Part shown: in pieces, positions 53,531 to 63,715 of the stretch
How the letters are laid out: each line of letters starts with the position of its first letter
How positions within the stretch are numbered: position 1 is the stretch's first letter
Source of the DNA: Diplonema japonicum
Lineage: Eukaryota; Protista; Euglenozoa: Diplonemea
Direction: 5' to 3'
Assembly (NCBI GenBank): GCA_964019335.1
Contig: OZ025676.1
Coordinates: 558,001-622,000 of the forward strand
DNA length: 64,000 nt
The notes under the pieces: model-generated
Told to the model about the DNA's origin: nothing
Databases searched by the model: none
What the model saw: the letters and a program-made list of their open reading frames with translations, nothing else
Position numbers and translations under genes: made by a program

Positions 53531-54094
53531 TCAAAAAGGTAACTCCCTATCTCGGGATATTCGTAGCAAGACCCGGTTACACAAGTATGTGCCCAACACA
53601 CCGAAGGGCAGCAGAGCGATGGCGATCAAGAGGATAATAAGGTCCGTGGAGGAGGGTGTCGAGAAGAAAGGGGGGTCAGGGTTGTGGATGAGCGCTTTTT
53701 GGTCTTCGAGACATAAATCAGAAGTATAGCACGTTAGGTTTGAACTTATGGAAAAATTTGCTGCGGGTTCACACCCCAGTGCGACTCCTGAGTATGTCTC
53801 GTTCAATTTTGCCGTTGTGTTGCAAGCGTCAACAAACACTCCCAAGATGCACAAACTGTTGTTCAATGGGTCGGTCTCCTTGTTTTGCACCACACAGTTG
53901 CTCTCTACGAAGTCATCAGCACCCTTCAGCGAGGTGATCACAACCAACAGCAACACCAGTCCCAGCCACCCGAACGTGCACAGGAAGCATATAATAACCT
54001 TGCTGTGCAACACATCCACTATCATCGAATACCATTTCCGCTTCCCAGGTCGCTTGCCTACCCACGCCCCATGTATACCCCCTTTCGTCGCCAT
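53531..54094 (-). CDS. Two-TM protein with Cys-rich extracellular loop
   Basis: Two hydrophobic helices flanking a loop with several Cys; topology like K-channel beta subunits. Confidence 0.65.
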   Translation of the reverse strand: MATKGGIHGAWVGKRPGKRKWYSMIVDVLHSKVIICFLCTFGWLGLVLLLVVITSLKGADDFVESNCVVQNKETDPLNNSLCILGVFVDACNTTAKLNETYSGVALGCEPAANFSISSNLTCYTSDLCLEDQKALIHNPDPPFFSTPSSTDLIILLIAIALLPFGVLGTYLCNRVLLRISRDRELPF

Positions 54095-54193
54095 CCTGAA
54101 ACAAGCTGAACCAAATGTGTCCGAACATAAAATACATAATTTCCATCAGGAAAAATAAATTAAAACATAGTGGTTAGGATGAGGATAGTAGGC

Positions 54194-54559
54194 TCATGGC
54201 TGCCTTGGTTTGTCGACCACCTTTTTAGCTCTAAAGTCGATTGCGTTCGCAAACTTCAGAGTCGCGTCAAACGTATGACGCAGCAACCACTGAGAAGAAG
54301 GGTGGATAGTGATAGGCGCGTATCTCTTGTTAATTCTGAATAACCGTTTGTACAATCTCTTGAAGCCGAACAACGACGCAGCAAGGAATACAACTGTCTT
54401 CTTCGCTACCCAGAAGGCAACGAACCCTACTGCTGGTGGAGTAAGAAGATGTTTCGTGTTTCTGAATGGTCTACATTGGACTTGTCGCACAGGGTGCAGC
54501 GGTTGCATTGGGACAGCGCGTGTTGCCCTGAGCCCTATCGCACATGAGGTTCGTAGCAT
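54194..54559 (-). CDS. Small protein with predicted mitochondrial presequence
   Basis: MLRTS... Arg-rich, acid-free N-terminus followed by a hydrophobic stretch. Confidence 0.55.
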   Translation of the reverse strand: MLRTSCAIGLRATRAVPMQPLHPVRQVQCRPFRNTKHLLTPPAVGFVAFWVAKKTVVFLAASLFGFKRLYKRLFRINKRYAPITIHPSSQWLLRHTFDATLKFANAIDFRAKKVVDKPRQP

Positions 54560-54729
54560 ATTGCCTGTTATGGTTCTTTTTAAGTTTAGGGAAAAAAGAA
54601 GAAAAGAAGCTTTGATTTTGCCCTTAAAGTAAAAAGGAGGAGAACGCCAAAAGAAGTCAATCTAGAACTCGCAACAAGCGAAGCACCAACGTGTTTATCT
54701 GTTCCCTTCGGCCGATCAAGCTTACGGGC

Positions 54730-54834
54730 CTATTTGGACCTCTGCCTCATCTTCCGCCTTCTCCTCTTCAACCTTTTCAACCTCTTCTTCTTCCACTTGG
54801 GGCGCATGCCCCTAGGCCTGGGGACGGAACCCAT
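54730..54834 (-). CDS. RPL41: Ribosomal protein eL41 (eS32) with 9-aa N-terminal extension
   Basis: Manual translation MGSVPRPRG-MRPKWKKKRLKRLKRRRRKMRQRSK*; too short for the ORF track. Confidence 0.95.
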   Translation of the reverse strand: MGSVPRPRGMRPKWKKKRLKRLKRRRRKMRQRSK

Positions 54835-54908
54835 GTTGACTTAGATCCTGTGAAGTAGTTAGTGATTAATATTGAATCAATAATATAGAATGCAGTAAAA
54901 AAGAAATG

Positions 54909-54986
54909 TTATCTATCCCTATTTACTGCCATACGAGGTTCGACCAGAGCACTGAGCCGAACCCAAGATGGCACTAAAGTAAGAAT
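54909..54986 (-). ncRNA. Candidate single-hairpin AGA-box (H/ACA-like) snoRNA
   Basis: Lower stem TTCTTA/TAGGGA, pocket CTTTAG/GTAAA, upper stems TGCCAT/ATGGCA and GGTTCGGC/GTCGAACC, then AGA+3 nt. Confidence 0.55.
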
Positions 54987-55025
54987 GGATATACAGGCAT
55001 TGAAAGGGCTCTGAAAAGAGAAACT

Positions 55026-55907
55026 TTATTTCCCCCTTTTTTTTTTACCGTTTTTTTTAGTACTCGTTGGGTCGAACCCACATTTTTCGAATTCTTTCAA
55101 GAGCCACCAGTCTGCATCACTGAACGGGATCTCTGTAACAGGTTGCAGCGTTTTAAAGAAGGAAGCAGGGAGCTTGGGGAGGTCTTTGGTGTAGTAAATA
55201 TGTGCCACCACTTCGAGAATAGTTTTTTGGAACGCGCCCACAAGAACAGCGTCCCGTGTCCACCATTTTTGGAAATCGCTCAGACTCACAACTAAGACAT
55301 CAGGCCGAGGATATAGATCCAAGCACCTGCGAGAGGCCTCTTGGATAGAGTACGTAACCTGTCCCTGGGTTGGTTCCGAGAACGCGTCTGGTTGTTGGCT
55401 TTTTTTTTTTTTTTTTTGCACTGCTGCAGGATCTGTGAGTTTTAGTGTGTGTGTAAAGTACTTGACGTCAATGTCCTCCTGGAAGGGCCCCCTGCTGTAG
55501 ACGTCATACGCAGAGAGAGTGAATGTTGGTTCTTGAGGATCATTCACCATTGTGAACAACAGGCGACAGAACCAGACCCCGTTAAAGTACCCCTCCCCCT
55601 CTTTGTCGAAGATCTGCAATAGCCGCTTAATTAAATGCTCTGATGTCAGCCCGCATTGTCGGCAGAATGTTGCAAACCTCGTATGAGTTAGAGCCCAGCC
55701 GTCATCAGAAACTTCCTTCACTCTCTCCCAAATCTTCTCAATATTCATTCCCTCGAACTGGCACTGGTCTGAAAGATATTTCTGTACCTTTGGGTCCTTG
55801 GCTCTTTTTTTCCGTTCTTCGTAGGCTTGCTCCCACAGCTGCTTATTGGGAGGGCATGGGTTTGTGAAGTGCTGATTGTACTCAGCAGAGAATGGATCGT
55901 CGATCAT
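55026..55907 (-). CDS. EF-hand-like protein
   Basis: LIKRLLQIFDKEGEGYFN EF-hand-like loop; first ATG at 55907. Confidence 0.65.
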   Translation of the reverse strand: MIDDPFSAEYNQHFTNPCPPNKQLWEQAYEERKKRAKDPKVQKYLSDQCQFEGMNIEKIWERVKEVSDDGWALTHTRFATFCRQCGLTSEHLIKRLLQIFDKEGEGYFNGVWFCRLLFTMVNDPQEPTFTLSAYDVYSRGPFQEDIDVKYFTHTLKLTDPAAVQKKKKKSQQPDAFSEPTQGQVTYSIQEASRRCLDLYPRPDVLVVSLSDFQKWWTRDAVLVGAFQKTILEVVAHIYYTKDLPKLPASFFKTLQPVTEIPFSDADWWLLKEFEKCGFDPTSTKKNGKKKRGK

Positions 55908-56085
55908 TTGTGTTGTTTGCACCTAGAAAATTAAAACCAGAACTGGAGGCTGAAGATAGACTACGCTAGTGGTCCTGAGAAAGACCTACGTGGTGTTGGC
56001 AAAGTCCTCCAGATCCCTCAAGGACTTTGCCAACACTGAAAAGAGACCGTGTTCGTACTTAGGTAAGTCTCGGGCAGGATTGTGT

Positions 56086-56433
56086 TCATGCTAAGTACGT
56101 CTTAGGCAAGGTAACAGAATTGAACGAACTATGCGAAATGCGAACTAACTGTCTTGCTAGTTCGTAATTTGTGATCAAAGCTCCGTTCAACCCAACTAGC
56201 ATTAAGGGCGATTTTCCTTGTGTGAGAGCCGATGCAGTAACTGCAACCTCTATTTTTCCTGCATTTAATTTTTTAAGACGGTCTAGGACGCAACTTTGCA
56301 ACTGCAACGCGTGAATGTCGTCTGCGATTATTAAAATTCTTGCACCGTTTCCCTCTTCCGTAGCCTTCATTATCCATTTTGTAAGCACCTCCTCTTCGTC
56401 CCCAACCACTACTGCGCAACGGCAGTCTTCCAT
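56086..56433 (-). CDS. Small protein resembling a degenerate helicase C-terminal (RecA2) domain
   Basis: LKKLNAGKIEVAVTASALTQG...LITNYEL resembles DEAD-box F..GKI.VLVATD..ARG...VINYDL; 3' end uncertain. Confidence 0.45.
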   Translation of the reverse strand: MEDCRCAVVVGDEEEVLTKWIMKATEEGNGARILIIADDIHALQLQSCVLDRLKKLNAGKIEVAVTASALTQGKSPLMLVGLNGALITNYELARQLVRISHSSFNSVTLPKTYLA

Positions 56434-56490
56434 ATTTACCTATGAAATGTAACGTGAAATCTTAAAAAAGACAAAAGTAAAAAAAAAGAC

Positions 56491-59400
56491 TCAACGTCGT
56501 ATGCAGATGCCTGGGCCTTCTCTCCCTTCCTTTGCCCGCAACTTGTCAGTTGACGGTCGCTGTAACGCGAGCGAGGGGCTGATCTTTTGTCGCATGTTTG
56601 CCTGAAGGCAGGGGAGCAGCTTCTCCGTTTCTGTTAACGGCTGGATTAAGCAGTGGTTTAAAGATCGCACAATGTGGAATGGTGCCTTCGATGGACCTGC
56701 GATATAGTCACTTAGTGTAGAGTGCCTGTTCAAATTATTCATGTGTGGTGCAACATACATTGGCCGCTCTTGAAGCAGTCGTGCACGGAACGACTTTACA
56801 GTGTCGTTGGCGTTGACAACGGCCAGCCACGGAGTGCTATGAGGTTTAATCACTAAAACGTTCGGGTCAGGTATGTTCAAGTGCATGTTGGCGTGGTTGT
56901 GGTTGCTTTGCTCAAAGTGTAGGATCTGTACCAAAAAGCGATCCTGATCAAATGGGGGAAGTTTCATCGTAAGGTCAAAAGAGACCTGGTATGAGCTGAC
57001 TGCATTCAGACCGGGAGCAAATTGGAAGGACGAGCTGCGCACATTTTGAAGAATTTGAGTCTTTACAACCTCTGCGCACAGAATAAGACTTTTCGTTGTT
57101 TCAACGAGCGGTTCATGATCATCCCAAAGCACTCGTGTTATCGTGTTGTAGACAGCTGATAGTTCATACAACAGCACTTTACCTGAATGAGGATGCTGTT
57201 TCACACTGCCGCTCGGGACTGTTCTGTCGATCGCGCAAATTGAGCTTTGAGTACTCCCTGATGAGCCGCTTGTAGTAGTATCTTGTTCACCACAGCAGTC
57301 AATTCCGGTGATGTGTTCTCTGCCAAGAATTTGCGTGTCCTCAATGAGTTTTGTCTTCAAGTGGCCAACTTGAGCACCTGGTTGCAGAGTTAATTTCACC
57401 GATTTTTCTAACTCGCCATGAATGCTCGAAATTATATTTACGGTCACGAAAATACTGCCCTGTGGATACAGTGTACTCAAATCCGCTTGCTTCACAAAGT
57501 ACAGCGTGTTCCGCAACCGGTTCCAGCCAATATTAAGAACAGTGCCGAGGGATAGAGTACCAGCCAACAGTGCAAGTTTGGGGGTGTAGTCAGGTTCTGA
57601 CACAAAGAGCTCCAACTCCATAGGGTTGACTTTCAGCTCAGCAGCAAGCAAAGCCCTTACTGCCGAAATTGACAGGTCACTGGATAACTCCAGTGTCGTA
57701 GTAGCAACGTCCGGTTGGTCGACAGCACTGAACCTAACCTGCAGGGCAAGGGCTTTTTGCTTGATGACATCCCTCACGTCACGGTATTTCGCCGTTAGCG
57801 TATTTGAATCTGGTGAAAATGGATGCATCACTAAGTTCGTTGTACCGGATGTGATGACCACAATATCACCGCTGCTCAGTTCTGCATCATTCAAAGTGAC
57901 GTCACCATCGAGTTTTTCTAAGAGACCTTCGCGGACTTCTTCGAAGAGTTGTCCTTGTTGCTGGAAATTGCAATCCGACATGCCATCTAACAAAGCCCTT
58001 AGAGGCGCATCGCGGTTCAACACGCATCGCTTCTTTACAACACAAGAGTCAGTATTCTGCGGAATGTGAATCTTTACGAAAAGCATAACGAGATCACCGT
58101 CAACAAGAGATTTCTGAGGTGTCAATGTTGCAACCCCAGAATTATCCTCCACTGGCCAAGGGTGGGCATAGAGTGTCACGATGTCTTTGTGATGCGAGCC
58201 TAAAGAAAAGGCTTTCTCGAGCGTTGTGTCAGGATTTTGTATTACAAGTGACGAGGGTCGCATGGTGCCATTTAACCGCCCCTCCCATCGCCAAAGAGCT
58301 ATGTCCTCGAGATCAGGATAATAGGTTTGTATCAATGTGCTTTTCAGCGATCGGAGAGTTGTTTTCCTTAGGTGTTTAACAGGAATACAACTTTCTGGTG
58401 GTGCCACCTCCTCGCAACCAAAGATGTCATTGTCGACAACAACACGCACATTGATGAACAAGTGCGCTTCTGCAACATCTTTTTCAACATCTTTTTTGGG
58501 CAATCGACCAAACCGTCTGTGAACACTCATCGGCACTGTTGCGTAAGTTATTGTTGGAGTAAGCCAGTCGAGGTCACTAACTCTTAAATAGATCAACACA
58601 TAGGCGGAAGCGTACCTAGGTAGTTGTCCTCCACCATAGTCCCCGCCAAAGTTTTCTGCTATGACATCTTTTTCAGTTACACGTATAACCCTTTCATCAT
58701 CAAAGCGGTACCATGGGCCACTGAGCACAGGCCTCAGGAACGAGTAGTAGTGTCCCCCGTTCACATCTCCACTATGTACCAGAACTGAAAGCAGTACATA
58801 TGCGTTGTCCTTTGGTGAAGGTGTTGCCAGGTATCGTTCGATATCAAGTTCAACAGGGAACTCCTGCCTCTCGTTCACTTTTGCCTGTTTTTGTGTCACA
58901 ATATCATAGTCAAATCTCTTCAGATGTAGCAGCAGCACAGGTGGTGCTTTATCCATGATACATTTTCGAGTAGCAGCTTGAAGGCCCTGGTCCGGGGTTG
59001 CATACTTGTTCTCTCCTTCTAAAACCTCGGGGGAAAAGTACTTGTCTAATGCGTCGTATAAGGTTGGGCAGCCCTTCACGTTTAGTTGGAGGTCGTAAAA
59101 CAGCTCTTCGGTTCTTGATTCATAGTCGATGTCATTGCAAACAATAGTGTGCACGAGTCCTCCTCTGAAAAGGGAATCAAGTGTACCTGCAACTCTTGTG
59201 CCCTTCAACTTCTCTTCTAACGATGAGTACAGCACCCTAATCAACTCATGGATATCGTGCTGGCGGAAGACGCCTTCTTGAGTCCAACCAAATGCCGCTG
59301 TCAGCTCTTTGGTGGAAACGGCCTTTTTTTGAAACTGGAGGTTGTAAAAGACTTGTTGCAAAGCCCCAACCAAGCTCTTTTCTTTTTGTTCAAGCGTGGG

Positions 59401-60102
59401 GTATGGTGAGGGGTAGGGGCTGAAGATATTGCTATCGAGTTCCTCATCCGATACTTCATCAAAGTTATCTCCAATGGGTGCATGGAATATTTGATCACGT
59501 AGAAATGGGATGTGAAACCATGTTTGAATCAGCGAATTCAAGTAGCAGGTTGCACCTTGGTTGCAAAGCCCCACAGCGCCGCTGGTTCGTGGTGTTGTAT
59601 TCCCTTCGTCAGAATCATCACAGTCACTTGGTGATATTGTCATCCTGAAGTCGATCTGCAATGTGTCATCTGCAATGAATCCTTTGTCTTCGTCATAGAG
59701 AACGGAAAGTGGCATGAAGCGTCGGAAGCCCCAGTCATGAAGTGCAAGGCAGAACACATTTTCTGATTTGCAGAGTACTGATGACACAGACTTCACATTA
59801 CTTAGTGCTGTGAACGAGAAGAAAGCAACTCTGCACCAACCAACAGGAAGTGCATGAGCATTTGCAAGATCAAGATAAATTGACAAATACCTAACACCAT
59901 TGCCATTAGGGTATAGTAGCAGCCTCCATGGAATTCCATCCATTTCAAAAACACTTGAGTAAATGTTGTCAGGCATTGTGTTTGACTCTGATGCATGAAG
60001 TAACCCTTTTATTGTCCATTTGTAACTTGCTGAAGAACCCCCAGACTTCACAAGTGATAAGCCTTGCTTCACACCATCAGTCAATGAATCATCTTCTCCC
60101 AT
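56491..60102 (-). CDS. USP7/UBP12-like ubiquitin-specific protease (MATH + USP + UBL-like regions)
   Basis: MATH WRLLLYPNGN, DWGFRRF; Cys box GLCNQGATCYLNSL; QHD; His box LVHSGDVNGGHYY; WYRFDD. Confidence 0.95.
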   Translation of the reverse strand: MGEDDSLTDGVKQGLSLVKSGGSSASYKWTIKGLLHASESNTMPDNIYSSVFEMDGIPWRLLLYPNGNGVRYLSIYLDLANAHALPVGWCRVAFFSFTALSNVKSVSSVLCKSENVFCLALHDWGFRRFMPLSVLYDEDKGFIADDTLQIDFRMTISPSDCDDSDEGNTTPRTSGAVGLCNQGATCYLNSLIQTWFHIPFLRDQIFHAPIGDNFDEVSDEELDSNIFSPYPSPYPTLEQKEKSLVGALQQVFYNLQFQKKAVSTKELTAAFGWTQEGVFRQHDIHELIRVLYSSLEEKLKGTRVAGTLDSLFRGGLVHTIVCNDIDYESRTEELFYDLQLNVKGCPTLYDALDKYFSPEVLEGENKYATPDQGLQAATRKCIMDKAPPVLLLHLKRFDYDIVTQKQAKVNERQEFPVELDIERYLATPSPKDNAYVLLSVLVHSGDVNGGHYYSFLRPVLSGPWYRFDDERVIRVTEKDVIAENFGGDYGGGQLPRYASAYVLIYLRVSDLDWLTPTITYATVPMSVHRRFGRLPKKDVEKDVAEAHLFINVRVVVDNDIFGCEEVAPPESCIPVKHLRKTTLRSLKSTLIQTYYPDLEDIALWRWEGRLNGTMRPSSLVIQNPDTTLEKAFSLGSHHKDIVTLYAHPWPVEDNSGVATLTPQKSLVDGDLVMLFVKIHIPQNTDSCVVKKRCVLNRDAPLRALLDGMSDCNFQQQGQLFEEVREGLLEKLDGDVTLNDAELSSGDIVVITSGTTNLVMHPFSPDSNTLTAKYRDVRDVIKQKALALQVRFSAVDQPDVATTTLELSSDLSISAVRALLAAELKVNPMELELFVSEPDYTPKLALLAGTLSLGTVLNIGWNRLRNTLYFVKQADLSTLYPQGSIFVTVNIISSIHGELEKSVKLTLQPGAQVGHLKTKLIEDTQILGREHITGIDCCGEQDTTTSGSSGSTQSSICAIDRTVPSGSVKQHPHSGKVLLYELSAVYNTITRVLWDDHEPLVETTKSLILCAEVVKTQILQNVRSSSFQFAPGLNAVSSYQVSFDLTMKLPPFDQDRFLVQILHFEQSNHNHANMHLNIPDPNVLVIKPHSTPWLAVVNANDTVKSFRARLLQERPMYVAPHMNNLNRHSTLSDYIAGPSKAPFHIVRSLNHCLIQPLTETEKLLPCLQANMRQKISPSLALQRPSTDKLRAKEGREGPGICIRR

Positions 60103-60554
60103 GCAAATAGTAGCGTGTCCTGTTAGGATTGCAAACAAATGTGACGTGAAGACGTGTGAGTAAAATGTAAGAAGGAACTTAGTGGCAAGAGGAATATCAG
60201 AATAGCAGAAGGCTGGCTAGCCCAAAGCAAAAAGAAGGAGGAATTCCCAAGGATTTAGGGGAACAAAAGGGAGCGAAGGGAGCAAGGGGAATGAGGGGAA
60301 CAAGATCCATTTCCATACTATGGTCAATTGGCTTGCATTTTTTTTTTGGTTCAAAAAAAGGGATCCTAGGTTTATTAAAAAAACCAGGCTCAGGTCAGCT
60401 GTTGTTACAAGATTTTTCCAGGGGGTGAAAAAAACCAGGTGAGCTATAGTAAATAAAAAACATAAATACACAAGGGAGGGTGAGAAGGGTAGGTTTTAAA
60501 TGAGAAGAGTGACAGAAGGAAGCCAAAGAGAGCACCACAAAGAAAAAAAAAAGA

Positions 60555-60676
60555 AAAAACTAGTTTGGCGCTCCATTTGTTTGTGTGCATGAGCGGAATT
60601 TTACCTAATAAAATAGCTCATTACACTGCCATCAACTAGTTTTTAGTCTCGACAATAATATTGTTAAAACAAAAAA
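60555..60676 (+). repeat. ~120 bp repeat, inverted partner of 63464-63586
   Basis: Five substitutions versus the reverse complement of 63464-63586; a partial tandem copy follows at ~60673. Confidence 0.9.
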
Positions 60677-61467
60677 CTAGTTTGGCGCTCCATTTGTTTG
60701 TGCACACAAGCCGTCCACTTATGAACACGCCCCCCCCTCCCCACTGCATGTCCCTTAGGTCACAGATTCGTCTTAGCGAACCTTGGTCAGGAGTGGGGTG
60801 AGCCACCAGCATGCTCATGCCAAGAAAAAACATGTCACAACCTAGTGTACACACCCAGACACCTCGCTTTGCACCTCCTCCGTGATCTCTCGGCCCCAGC
60901 ACAGCATCTCGAGCATGACCTCATCACCAGAGTAGGCCTTCCACCAAGCACCAAGGACGACAGTGCTGTCAATACCCATGCAAAGCACCACGTTCCAGAG
61001 ACCCAACACCCGAAAAGCAAATTCCAGCAGTTCCAGCAGGGCAACTACATCTCCAGTCGAGCAATGACTGCTCCTGCCAAGGCTCGTGGTATACCTCTCC
61101 ACCTGATGTGTCTCCTCCCATCAAGCATCAGCATGCAGCACCACCCCATCAAGCTGGCATCTGTGAAGGCCTCGAGCCTTACTGTAGGTCGCTTGGCCTA
61201 CTGCTTCCATTCATTCTGTCCCAACTCCTCGAAAGCAGCCTGCAATGCACGTTGCACCAACGCTGGTATCATTATGAGTGTAGTCCAAAAACCCGCTCAA
61301 CTGGCAGCATTGAGGTCCTTGCCTTTGCATACACCCAACATTTACCTAAGGATGGAGTTCAACCTGAAAAGAGGGCCACAAAGTACCCTGGGCTGGGTGA
61401 AACATTGGTTTCAGCCAAAGCTTACTTACAGGAGGTGCTGTGAGTTGGGTTTTAACCTCCCTTTTTT

Positions 61468-61522
<55 letters not shown>

Positions 61523-62042
61523 ACATCTAATCTGAAAAGGCAGAAGGAGACTGCAAAGGGGGGTGGTGGGTGCACTGTGTACATGCTGCATCTTTTCTAA
61601 GCATATCTAGCTCACCTTGAAGTGCTTCGTTTTCAAGTTTTAGATTATGATGTTCCTCCAGGGAAACCTCAACCTCAGGGTAGTGAGCATAGAGAGGGCT
61701 TTGGGAATTGGGCTGCTCAAGTTGCACTGACTGTGAGTGTGTGGAATGGGGAACAGAAGGAATGGAAGGTGGTTCAGGGACTCCAGGAACAGGAGGGGAA
61801 GCAGTAGCCACAGAAAGAACAGTTTCTACTGCTTGGTGGCAACAACCCCTCCAGGGCATATTGAGCAGTGTTGTGTTCCCTCAAGGGAATTTGAAGGAAT
61901 TCAGGGGAACAGAGGGAAGGGAATGATTCCCTCAAGGGAATTTGGGGGAACAGGGGAACAAAAGGGAACAGGGGAACCAAGGGAATGGGGGAATGGAGGG
62001 AATGGCCATGAAAAAAAAAATTTTTTATCTGGGGTCACATGG

Positions 62043-62419
62043 CAGTGTTGTTATGGGAAAAAACCTGGGGGGTGGGGGGGTGGGGGGGCAAAAAAAAATT
62101 TTTTTTTCTAGGGACCCTCACTCATATAGCACCCTCAAAACAGACTTTTTTGGAAATTTTTGGCCAAAAAAAAATTTTTTTTCCCAGGGGACCCCAAACT
62201 TGGGGTCACTTTGGCCATTTTTGACCCCAAAATTTTTTTTCTGGAAAAAGCCAGAAATCATGAAATTTATATTAAAAACACCTTATAAACCCATTTCTGC
62301 AAACCAAAAAGTTCAGAAAGGTGTTTAGGTGGAATACACATCTCTAAACTATATTCTGAAGTAAAAAGTAAGTAAAAATCTGAATCTCAGGGGGGTAACT
62401 CATCCTCATGACAACACTG
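62043..62419. mobile_element. MITE-like element with CAGTGTTG termini
   Basis: Imperfect TIRs CAGTGTTGTTATGGG / CAGTGTTGTCATGAG; no TSD found. Confidence 0.5.
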
Positions 62420-62535
62420 GGAGCAGTGATGGGTGAATCCTAATTAGGACTAGACCAGACTGGACCGGACCAGACTGGATCCAGTGTGAATTTCAACCCA
62501 ATTATGCTGGACTGACTGGACTGACCAGACTGACC

Positions 62536-62648
62536 CAGTGTTGGTCAGTCCCATCCCATCCCCTAAAACAGAATACGGGCCTAGATGGGACTCACATGAC
62601 TCCATGGGATGGGACTCGACAGGACTCACAGGACTCTCCCCAACACTG
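62536..62648. mobile_element. Small MITE-like element with CAGTGTTGG termini and GGACT/ATGGG subterminal repeats
   Basis: cagtgttgg...ccaacactg with internal inverted short repeats; no TSD found. Confidence 0.45.
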
Positions 62649-62969
62649 TCATTATTTTTGATAGTTTTGCAACTTTTTTTTTTTTTTTTTCCCTTTGGAA
62701 AAAAAAAAAAAAATGGGGAAAAAAAAAAGAGAAAAAAATCCTTGATTTTTTTTGACATACATGATGTGTTTACCTTTTTTTTTTCCCCCCTTCTTTTTTT
62801 TCTTGTCTTCTCACATTTTTTCACACACCTAAGCCAAGCTGTTGTTTCTGCTTTCCACATCAAATGTTGTATTTGGATGTAATAGAAAAGGGGGGAAATA
62901 ATAAATAATATGTATAAGAGGAGGGTGTGTATGTTTATACAACCTGTGTAAACAGATCAGTTCCTTGCT

Positions 62970-63715
62970 TTCAGTGCCATGCCCCTGATGTGTGCGATGT
63001 ACAGCTCAACCCCTGCATCACACTGCCTGTTTGTTGCACATATTTTCATGTTATCCCCCCCCCACCTGAAAATAATATATAGGAGATAAATATATGAGTT
63101 AAAGGAGGCTGGTGTTGGCAGCACCCTGCACAAGAACTGTCTACTTGATTACAGGGGGTGCACTGCAGCCGAGTTGTAAAAGCTACAACCCGGCCACAGT
63201 GAGAGATATATGAGTTAAAGGACCTGCACAAGACTACTTGATTACAGGGGGTACACCACAGCCGAGTTGTAGCTTCTTCTACGTTCCATGTCATGTCCTT
63301 AATGTGTGTGGTGTTCAGCTCAACCCCAGCCAGGGTGTCCTGGGTAACCAAGATTCTGCTTGTGCAGGATTGGGTCATTCCATTCCCTTCTGCCAAACTG
63401 AAAGTCGGAACTTGGCAGAATGGCAGAACCAGAACTTGGTGGAACAGGGAATTCCTTACTTTTTTTTTTGTTTTAACAATATTATTGTTGAGACTAAAAA
63501 CTAGTTGATGGCAGCGTAATGAGCTATTTTATTAGGTAAAATTCCACTCATGCACACAAACAAATGGAGTGTCAAACTAGTTTTTTTTTCTCCCCCCTTT
63601 TTTTTTCCTCTTTGCATCATCAAGGTTGAAAGTGGTGACTATATCACCACAACACTGACAGCACAATATTCCATGTCGTGTCCTTAATGTGTGCAGTGTG
63701 CAGCTCAACACCAAG
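62970..63715 (-). mobile_element. Decayed, internally duplicated transposase-like zinc-finger remnants
   Basis: RLWCTPCNQVV...ISHC duplicated (BED/CGGBP1-like); three diverged copies of a ~45 bp segment at ~62977, 63284, 63670. Confidence 0.4.
63464..63586 (-). repeat. ~120 bp repeat, inverted partner of 60555-60676
   Basis: See partner. Confidence 0.9.

Noticed and set aside
56061-56068. ACTTACCT U1 snRNA 5'-end-like motif (minus strand)
   Set aside because: No U1-70K loop (GAUCA) or Sm site in the expected arrangement.
60845-61600. 251-aa plus-strand ORF as transposase or recombinase
   Set aside because: No catalytic motifs recognised, and it runs through a poly-T tract; probably decayed repeat sequence.
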